DNA of 20,455 nucleotides from a virus: the IMG/VR virus record IMGVR_UViG_3300045988_013649, positions 1-20,455 of that record. One strand, given 5' to 3'. The notes under the pieces are model-generated. The model ran no database searches. It saw nothing but the letters and a program-made list of their open reading frames with translations, and was not told the DNA's origin. This document shows positions 15,398 through 20,455 of the stretch, one piece after another (the stretch's first letter is position 1; each line of letters starts with the position of its first letter). The position numbers and the translations under genes are program-made.

Positions 15398-15473
15398 TGG
15401 TTGCAGGAGAAGGATTTGCACCATTCGACCTCTAGCTAATAAGACTAGTGAGCTACTACTGCTCTATCCTGCT
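15398..15473 (-). tRNA. tRNA-like gene, anticodon UAU (reads AUA), initiator-like acceptor and D arms; non-canonical T arm
   Basis: Hand-folded minus strand: AGCAGGA TA GAGC AGTAGTA GCTC A CTAGT CTTATTA GCTAG AGGTC GAA(T)GG TGCAAAT CCTTC TCCTGCA A CCA. All four stems form and the CCA is encoded. Anomalies are an A1xA72 mismatch, a bulged U in the T stem, G55 in the T loop, U37, and a short D loop with a single G. Confidence 0.55.
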
Positions 15474-15479
15474 AAAACA

Positions 15480-15488
15480 ATTATTACA
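15480..15488 (-). promoter_or_regulatory. candidate extended -10 promoter (TGTAATAAT) for the tRNA-like gene
   Basis: The minus-strand TGTAATAAT matches TGnTATAAT in 8 of 9 positions. Its last T is 7 nt upstream of tRNA position 1 (an A), so transcription could start at or next to the mature 5' end. I saw no convincing -35. Confidence 0.3.
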
Positions 15489-15496
15489 TGAAAAAA

Positions 15497-15513
15497 TGCT
15501 CACATTGTGAGCA
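15497..15513 (-). terminator. rho-independent terminator of the late-activator gene
   Basis: On the minus strand TGCTCAC-AAT-GTGAGCA has a 7-bp stem and is followed by TTTTTT. The TGA stop at 15500-15502 lies inside the stem. Confidence 0.7.
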
Positions 15514-15826
15514 CTTTCTTTAAATTCTTGTTTATTTTTCTTGGAATTTCTTCTCTTGCATAACCTACAATATTAGATGTCTTTTCTGCACTGAATCCCT
15601 TTATATATCTATACTCAATCATGGCTCGAGTCGTATCATCAAGTTGGCTTAATTTGTCTTTTACATAGTTCATTCTTCTTGCATAATCTGCATGAGCTAA
15701 GAATAGCTCGGCTTTTAAAGGATAAATTGCTTCATCCCTTTGTAACTCTGCTATCTTTTGCTCATAGTATGTATAAGATTGGCATTCACACAAGAAGTGT
15801 CGTTTTACATCTTCATAGGTGCTCAT
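15500..15826 (-). CDS. late-gene transcriptional activator, sigma-70 region-4-like HTH (RinA/ArpU/DUF1492-like)
   Basis: This is a 108-aa ORF with an ATG in an ATGA overlap. The C-terminal LDDTTRAMIEYRYIKGFSAEKTSNIVGYAREEIPRKINKNLKKV fits the region-4 HTH pattern. It sits in the canonical position just upstream of the terminase genes. Confidence 0.6.
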   Translation of the reverse strand: MSTYEDVKRHFLCECQSYTYYEQKIAELQRDEAIYPLKAELFLAHADYARRMNYVKDKLSQLDDTTRAMIEYRYIKGFSAEKTSNIVGYAREEIPRKINKNLKKVLTM

Positions 15827-16017
15827 GAACTGTATACCTTATACAATCTATCTTTTAATTCGCCAACTTCACTTCTTAATTTCTTGATTTCTTTAGCTTG
15901 AGTATGAATTGTTTCGTTTCTTTCTTTTATAGTCTGATTAAGCTTAATATTTGTCCTTCCTAATTTATTATTCTTTGAAATTAACTCTTTAATCCTTTCT
16001 TCATAATTCATTTCTAT
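15823..16017 (-). CDS. small coiled-coil hypothetical protein
   Basis: The track start GTG at 16024-16026 lies inside the SD (GGAGGTG) itself. ATA at 16015-16017 is 8 nt from the SD and ATG at 16009-16011 is 14 nt from it. All three are in frame, so the start is ambiguous. Confidence 0.6.
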   Translation of the reverse strand: MEMNYEERIKELISKNNKLGRTNIKLNQTIKERNETIHTQAKEIKKLRSEVGELKDRLYKVYSS

Positions 16018-16033
16018 TAAAGCCACCTCCGTA

Positions 16034-16621
16034 TTAATTTAATGTCTTTATAAAATCACAATATCGTTTTATATAGCTCCATTTGTTTGAATATTTGTAA
16101 TATTTGCTAGAATGCTCTCCTACACTTATTTGACTTATCCCTATAACATCTTTACTAGGAATTACTAATACATCTAAAACTTTTTCATCATCACTAAGTA
16201 TGTACAAGATATATATGTCGCAAGTTGGATATATTTTTTCTAAATTGAATGTGTAAAAGCTCCCATTCCTACCTCTGTATAAAGTACTCGCTTTCACATC
16301 AACTTTTACACATTCATTCACTAAAATATCATACGGATGTTTTGTAGACATTTTAATAGCTTCATATCCTTTATTCTCTATATAATCCATGAATTTCAAT
16401 TCATATTTTCTGCCGAAATTTGTTCTACTTGGTTTTGATTCTAAATGTAATTCTTTCGCTAAAGGAAACCATAAATTTCTTTTTGAAATTGCATTGCCTA
16501 ATTTTGAATCTCCATAGTATTCTTCAACTTCTCTTCTTGTAGGCATTCTGTTTAATCCTGTATCAATAATCATTTCTTTGATTTGTGATTTTATCTTTTC
16601 TTCTGTCCAGTGTTCTCTTAT
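16034..16621 (-). CDS. PD-(D/E)XK-like nuclease (possible free-standing homing endonuclease or resolvase)
   Basis: GRKYELKFMDYIENKGYEAIKMSTKHPYDILVNECVKVDVKAS gives an E...D...(D)xK arrangement like Hjc/restriction-fold nucleases. The frame is open upstream of ATG 16573, which has a poor SD, back to 16624. ATA at 16619-16621 lies 6 nt after GGAGGT (16627-16632). The extension reads REHWTEEKIKSQIKE. Confidence 0.55.
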   Translation of the reverse strand: MREHWTEEKIKSQIKEMIIDTGLNRMPTRREVEEYYGDSKLGNAISKRNLWFPLAKELHLESKPSRTNFGRKYELKFMDYIENKGYEAIKMSTKHPYDILVNECVKVDVKASTLYRGRNGSFYTFNLEKIYPTCDIYILYILSDDEKVLDVLVIPSKDVIGISQISVGEHSSKYYKYSNKWSYIKRYCDFIKTLN

Positions 16622-16674
16622 TAGTTACCTCCATTTTTTGACAATTTTATTCTATAGTTCGTCAAGCTATAGAA

Positions 16675-17157
16675 TTACTTAAAAGGTAAATCATCTGAAG
16701 CAATATTTAATCCGCTTTCAGTATATTCTTGTTGTGCAATTTGTTGAGTTAAGCTCGGTTGTGTATATGTGTTTTGAACGCCGTAAGCGTTGTTATTTGC
16801 TTGGTTTGGATATTGATATGCATTTACATTAGAACTGAAATTTTGCCCATTAGAAACGTTTTTAGGCGGTAATTGCACGTTGCTAGCGACAATTTCAGTG
16901 ATATAAATTCTTTGCCCTTGTTGGTTATCATAATTTCTAACGCTAATTCTTCCTTCAACTGTAACTAAATCACCTTTCTTGCAATACATATTCACAATAT
17001 CTGCTAATTTATTCCATGCTACACAATTAATAAAATCTGTAGTGTTATTATATCCATTTACTGCTACCGTAAATTTTGCTACGCTATTTCCATTTTGTGT
17101 TTTTGATAGTTCAACATCTTTAGTTAAGTGCCCTGCTATTACTGCTACATTAATCAT
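16675..17157 (-). CDS. ssb: single-stranded DNA-binding protein
   Basis: This is a 160-aa ORF with an OB-fold N-terminus (MINVAVIAGHLTKDVELSKTQNGNSVAKFTVAV...GDLVTVEGRI), a Gln/Asn-rich linker and the acidic tip DDLPF. It has an ATG start and SD GAGGAG. Confidence 0.95.
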   Translation of the reverse strand: MINVAVIAGHLTKDVELSKTQNGNSVAKFTVAVNGYNNTTDFINCVAWNKLADIVNMYCKKGDLVTVEGRISVRNYDNQQGQRIYITEIVASNVQLPPKNVSNGQNFSSNVNAYQYPNQANNNAYGVQNTYTQPSLTQQIAQQEYTESGLNIASDDLPFK

Positions 17158-17731
17158 TTTCTTTCTCCTCTACAATCTTTCTCCCACAATTTGGACAATA
17201 CTTAGGTCTGTAATCGTAAAAGAACCTTTCTCCATCATCTTCATCAATTTCAATTTGTTGATACTCACTCAATACAATTCCACAATTAGAACATTCAAAT
17301 TCATCAATTGAATCAAATTCTGATAAATTAGTACAAGTCTTTTCATCTAGCCATCCTAATTCCTCTGCTTGCTTGTCAATAGCTTTTAATAAAGCGTTAT
17401 TTATCGTATAAGCTTCATGGTCATCATACAATTCAACTTCTTTTTCTGTTAAATCAAATGTGATTTCAAAACAATGAAATGTTCCTTTTAGTGCTTTGGT
17501 ATATATTAATTTTTTTGAATCTAATTTTCTTGTAAATTCTAGCTTTTCAAATATTCCACTAGCAGTCATTTCTTCGTGTTTTGAATCTGCTTTATTAGCT
17601 AAATCTCTTAACAAGTCCATAAATTTAGACATTTCTTCCATAGTCGGCTTATATCCATCTTCTCTTTCTTCTCCACACATTAAGTGTAGTAATGTATCTA
17701 CTACTTTAATAGCTTTTTGATATTTATTCAT
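17150..17731 (-). CDS. hypothetical protein with C-terminal CxxC...CxxC zinc ribbon
   Basis: This is a 193-aa ORF with an ATG start. The zinc ribbon reads CSNCG...(27 aa)...CPNCG. Confidence 0.7.
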   Translation of the reverse strand: MNKYQKAIKVVDTLLHLMCGEEREDGYKPTMEEMSKFMDLLRDLANKADSKHEEMTASGIFEKLEFTRKLDSKKLIYTKALKGTFHCFEITFDLTEKEVELYDDHEAYTINNALLKAIDKQAEELGWLDEKTCTNLSEFDSIDEFECSNCGIVLSEYQQIEIDEDDGERFFYDYRPKYCPNCGRKIVEEKEND

Positions 17732-17741
17732 TTCATCACCC

Positions 17742-17915
17742 TTAATCTTCTTCTATATCGCATTTATCAATAGAGTTGATATTCATTTCGTCATCCACTA
17801 ATTCAACATCATCATAATCATAATTTTTAATTTTTCTTAGCGCTTCTTCTTTAGAACTTGCTTCTACAGTTCCAACATAAGTACATTCTCCATGTGCATA
17901 AAATTTATAATTCAT
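17742..17915 (-). CDS. small acidic hypothetical protein (57 aa; not in ORF track)
   Basis: I hand-translated it as MNYKFYAHGECTYVGTVEASSKEEALRKIKNYDYDDVELVDDEMNINSIDKCDIEED. The ATG is at 17913-17915 with SD AAGGAGA 8 nt upstream. It fills an otherwise empty 170-nt gap. Confidence 0.6.
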   Translation of the reverse strand: MNYKFYAHGECTYVGTVEASSKEEALRKIKNYDYDDVELVDDEMNINSIDKCDIEED

Positions 17916-18168
17916 ACGCTTTTATCTCCTTTTTTAATTCGTCAATAGCTTCTTTAACTTGCTTCAAGTCTAAATCTACATTGGCTACTAAATCTGCCAT
18001 TCTACAGTTTGAATAGCTCTGTAAAGCCGATTCTAGTGTTGTATGGTATGAGATAGGCTTTTGTACGTCTATCTCATTTCCTTCTTTATCCTTACCCTTC
18101 ACAAATGTTACAAGGGCGAATGAACCACCGTTAGAAGTGATTGCACAATTATTTTGTAATCTAATCAT
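17905..18168 (-). CDS. hypothetical protein
   Basis: The ATG at 18166-18168 lies 6 nt after AAGGAGA. The track TTG at 18174 abuts the SD. The product is 87 aa. Confidence 0.65.
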   Translation of the reverse strand: MIRLQNNCAITSNGGSFALVTFVKGKDKEGNEIDVQKPISYHTTLESALQSYSNCRMADLVANVDLDLKQVKEAIDELKKEIKAYEL

Positions 18169-18412
18169 TTTCAATCTCCTTTTTTATCAATTTCAATTCA
18201 TTCATAAAATATTCCATTCTATGAATTTCTTTTTCACGATGGTCTATTTTTTGAGCTAAATCAGTGTATTTATCTTCTATACTAACTAACGAATCTTTTA
18301 AGATTTTAGCTTTCAATTCCTCAAGTTCTTCATCTCTGAATTTATTTTCCATTCTAATTCTTTCTTGATAAACGATGATTAACTCATCAATTCTTTCTTC
18401 AATCATCTTCAT
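18161..18412 (-). CDS. coiled-coil hypothetical protein
   Basis: This is an 83-aa ORF with an ATG start, and it overlaps both neighbouring genes. Confidence 0.6.
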   Translation of the reverse strand: MKMIEERIDELIIVYQERIRMENKFRDEELEELKAKILKDSLVSIEDKYTDLAQKIDHREKEIHRMEYFMNELKLIKKEIEND

Positions 18413-18770
18413 CTTCTTCTTTCTGCTTCACTAATTCTTCATATTTATCGGCTATAAATCCATCCATTTCTTGTTTTGTGAACCCTAGATTTAATAATTC
18501 ATCTTTGTAATTCATTCCATAGGTCCATGAATCTATACTCAAATATTGCTCTAGTGAATAGACCTCAATATTTAACAATTTACAATTACTTTTTAGAATG
18601 TGTTGCTTATACTGGTCTATTTTTTCAGCCAAATCATTTTTTTCTTTTTTTGCTTGTGCAACATCTTCATTATGTGATTCTTGTTCCTTTTTTAGTGCTC
18701 CTTTTAAATACTCAACGTTAGACTTTAACAAATCATATGTTTTTAGTGACATTTGAACAAACCCTTCCAT
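18399..18770 (-). CDS. coiled-coil hypothetical protein
   Basis: This is a 123-aa ORF whose ATG overlaps the upstream stop as TAATG. Confidence 0.65.
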   Translation of the reverse strand: MEGFVQMSLKTYDLLKSNVEYLKGALKKEQESHNEDVAQAKKEKNDLAEKIDQYKQHILKSNCKLLNIEVYSLEQYLSIDSWTYGMNYKDELLNLGFTKQEMDGFIADKYEELVKQKEEDEDD

Positions 18771-18940
18771 TAAAAATCATCCTCCTCATTTGAATTGTCA
18801 TTAATAATTGCATTCCGCACATATTCAATACGTTCTCTGTATTCCTCTTTTGTGATTTCTGATAAAGGCTTTTTGAATGATGTAGGCAACAGTTTGAAAC
18901 CGAATTCTTTTTCAAATTCTTCTAAATCTTTTTCTGTCAT
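18770..18940 (-). CDS. small acidic hypothetical protein (56 aa; not in ORF track)
   Basis: I hand-translated it as MTEKDLEEFEKEFGFKLLPTSFKKPLSEITKEEYRERIEYVRNAIINDNSNEEDDF. The ATG is at 18938-18940 with SD AAAGAGGTG upstream, and the stop overlaps the next ATG. It replaces the track ORF 18733..18915. Confidence 0.65.
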   Translation of the reverse strand: MTEKDLEEFEKEFGFKLLPTSFKKPLSEITKEEYRERIEYVRNAIINDNSNEEDDF

Positions 18941-18942
18941 AC

Positions 18943-19173
18943 TTACACCTCTTTATCCACTTGCTTTCTTATGTTTCTTTTTAGAAATACAATCGTATTT
19001 TTTAACGATTCAATAACCTCTTTATCGTCTATATCATGTATATCATAAATAAACATAAGAGCCATTTCTAAGCCGTCCGATACTCCACTTCCATAAGTTG
19101 TACCTCTATTTTCGTATTCTTCCATTTTAAGAAACACAAAGTTTTCTATTTGTTTAATTTCTTCTTTTGTCAT
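18943..19173 (-). CDS. hypothetical protein
   Basis: This is a 76-aa ORF with an ATG start, tightly packed against its neighbours. Confidence 0.6.
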   Translation of the reverse strand: MTKEEIKQIENFVFLKMEEYENRGTTYGSGVSDGLEMALMFIYDIHDIDDKEVIESLKNTIVFLKRNIRKQVDKEV

Positions 19174-19185
19174 ACTTCAACATCC

Positions 19186-19554
19186 TCATCTGAATCCTTC
19201 TTTAATTAAACTCTTTACGAGATTTTCATATTCATCCGTAGACAAACATTTGAATTGATTGCAAAACACCATTGAATAATTATATTTGTTATTGATTTCT
19301 TGGAATTCTTCAAACGTCAGCTCAACATCCTCATTTTGTGGCATTTGAAATACAGAATTGTTTGAATGCTCTAAGCTATTTTGAATCTTATCTAAAACAT
19401 TTAAAGCTTTTTTGTGACTTGAATAAACACCTAGTTCAGTGCTACTTCTGTCAACATATCCGTATACGGTATACGTATCTTCACCAATATTAGGAAGAAC
19501 CTCAAATTCACTAACATTCACCAATACTTCTTTATTCTTACTTCTAATCCACAT
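19186..19554 (-). CDS. hypothetical protein
   Basis: This is a 122-aa ORF whose ATG overlaps the dUTPase stop as TAATG. Confidence 0.65.
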   Translation of the reverse strand: MWIRSKNKEVLVNVSEFEVLPNIGEDTYTVYGYVDRSSTELGVYSSHKKALNVLDKIQNSLEHSNNSVFQMPQNEDVELTFEEFQEINNKYNYSMVFCNQFKCLSTDEYENLVKSLIKEGFR

Positions 19555-20069
19555 TAGTACCCCTCCTTCAATCTTTGATAGTTGATTTTATTCTTTCCGC
19601 AATAAGCTTGATACACATCTTCGATTGTGAAGCCTAGGTATTCAGTTATTGCGGTTGCTCTTTCCAACTTGTTCCACTTCCATGAAACTAAATCAGAAAA
19701 AGCTACCGTTAACCCAAACTCGTTATTTCTCATAAGGCTTAATATATTTTTTGAATTTCTTTTAAATGTACAAGTATATTCAATCCCCTTTTCTCCGTTA
19801 ATGAAGTGATTCTGATAACTTAACAAGAAATGCCAAATATCAACTAACTCGCCTAAAACCTTTTCTTTATCAACAGGTGCTTGCGTTTTCTTCCACCAAC
19901 ACCAGTTTCCTTTTAATTCATGAGTCAATTCACCGACTTCATCTAGGATTGCGAAACTCAAATTCTTTTCATCAATTGTGTATAATCCGTATTCTTTCAT
20001 GATAGCTTCATCTAGTTTAGTTTGCATTTGAAGCATTTCTTTAATTAATTCAATATCTTTACTTGTCAT
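19554..20069 (-). CDS. dut: dimeric (all-alpha, MazG-like) dUTPase
   Basis: This is a 171-aa ORF. LDEAIMKEYGL...AILDEVGELTHELKGNWCWWKKTQAPVDKEKVLGELVDIWHFLLS matches the dUTPase_2 pattern (E.gEl......WK.Wk....d.e....E.vD..HFlLs). Confidence 0.8.
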   Translation of the reverse strand: MTSKDIELIKEMLQMQTKLDEAIMKEYGLYTIDEKNLSFAILDEVGELTHELKGNWCWWKKTQAPVDKEKVLGELVDIWHFLLSYQNHFINGEKGIEYTCTFKRNSKNILSLMRNNEFGLTVAFSDLVSWKWNKLERATAITEYLGFTIEDVYQAYCGKNKINYQRLKEGY

Positions 20070-20087
20070 ATTTATTTATCTCTCTTT

Positions 20088-20410
20088 CTATGCTCCTAAT
20101 ATTTCCCTTCTCACTCGTTCCATTTCCTTATGTACATCTGCATACGATTGATTGCTTTCTTGTACATAGAATTTAGAATCAAGTTTTACAGGCTTGTTCT
20201 TATTTCTTTTCATCCATTCATCATGTACCCACTTCTGAATCACAAGTGAATGGTTTTTGTATTTCTTTCCACTCGTTTCAATATATTCATCTAATATCTT
20301 TATATGCTCATCCAATGAATCACTATATAAATCTAATAGGTGTGTGTGTTCTTTATCTGTTAATAGAACGTGTGAATATTCACCGTATTTGTGTTTGTGC
20401 GTACATACAC
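20088..20410 (-). CDS. replication-associated protein, C-terminal fragment (5' end lost at contig edge)
   Basis: HVLLTDKEHTHLLDLYSDSLDEHIKILDEYIETSGKKYKNHSLVIQKWV resembles the conserved phage C-terminal domain found on DnaD-like replication proteins (..LT.EEY..L.......I..LD.Y....GKKYKS....I..W). The first 15 residues of the track ORF (MLRSLVGSEMCIRDS) are translated adapter. Confidence 0.5.
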
Positions 20411-20455
20411 TGTCTCTTATACACATCTCCGAGCCCACGAGACTCCTGAGCATCT
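20410..20455. other. Illumina Nextera adapter read-through with i7 index (library artefact)
   Basis: CTGTCTCTTATACACATCT (20410-20428) is followed by CCGAGCCCACGAGAC, then TCCTGAGC, then ATCT. This is the mosaic end, the Read-2 adapter, an 8-nt index I recall as N704, and the start of the P7 sequence. Confidence 0.97.

Noticed and set aside
15398-15473. The tRNA-like gene as a stop-codon suppressor, which would signal recoding.
   Set aside because: With the 5-bp anticodon stem CTAGT/GCTAG, the 7-nt loop puts UAU at positions 34-36, not UUA, CUA or UCA. All long genes, including the 638-codon tape measure frame, the 467-codon portal and the 444-codon terL, read through with the standard code and no in-frame stops.
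15398-15473. The tRNA-like sequence as an attP core, meaning a fragment of a host tRNA used for integration.
   Set aside because: It is a full-length cloverleaf with both acceptor strands, rather than only a 3' fragment. It sits in the late-operon leader, and no integrase is in the window. This cannot be fully excluded without the host genome.
16566-16634. A 23-codon ORF from ATG 16632-16634 (MEVTNKRTLDRRKDKITNQRNDY).
   Set aside because: Its ATG is part of the GGAGGT Shine-Dalgarno itself and has no SD of its own. It is out of frame with the nuclease gene.
16650-16674. The inverted repeat TTCTATAG-N9-CTATAGAA after ssb as a terminator.
   Set aside because: The stem is all-AT-rich with a 9-nt loop and no U tract on the minus strand. 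It is too weak to call, so I note it only as an inverted repeat.
1-20455. CRISPR arrays, transposase or IS ends, integrase, lysis genes, toxin-antitoxin pairs, reverse transcriptase or DGR.
   Set aside because: I saw no spaced direct repeats, terminal inverted repeats or recognisable motifs for these. Apart from the fibre-like block flagged in the findings and the one nuclease gene, the gene content is ordinary phage replication and morphogenesis.

Overview
This window is an AT-rich 20.4-kb fragment of a tailed-phage genome, of the siphovirus type seen in Firmicutes. Every credible gene is on the minus strand, and the plus-strand ORFs in the track are antisense shadows.

Gene order, read right to left:
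- a truncated replication-associated gene
- a dimeric dUTPase
- a run of small acidic or coiled-coil early genes
- a Zn-ribbon protein
- SSB
- a PD-(D/E)XK-like nuclease
- a small coiled-coil gene
- a sigma-region-4 / RinA-ArpU-like late activator
- a terminator, a tRNA-like gene, and a second terminator
- a small gene, then terS, terL and portal
- a 3.9-kb fibre / receptor-binding-like module, oddly placed inside the head module
- a MuF/gp7-like minor head protein, scaffold and major capsid
- four connector/neck genes
- the major tail gene and two chaperones
- a tape measure gene that runs off the left edge

Both contig ends are Illumina Nextera adapter, not biology.

Main observation: at least seven structural genes have no ATG/GTG/TTG where their reading frame and recognisable N-terminus begin. 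These are terS, portal, the fibre-like gene, a 69-aa DLP-motif protein, major capsid, major tail and tape measure. In each, the frame opens 0-5 codons after an in-frame stop, at an ATA codon placed 5-11 nt after a strong Shine-Dalgarno.

The tRNA-like gene just upstream of terS carries initiator-tRNA hallmarks: a 1:72 mismatch, G2:C71, C3:G70, A73, A11:U24 and an fMet-like D arm. Its anticodon is UAU, which is complementary to AUA. I propose a phage-encoded AUA-reading initiator tRNA that licenses translation of the late module.

This is inference from hand folding and hand translation. The tRNA also has a non-canonical T arm, so it needs computational and experimental checks.
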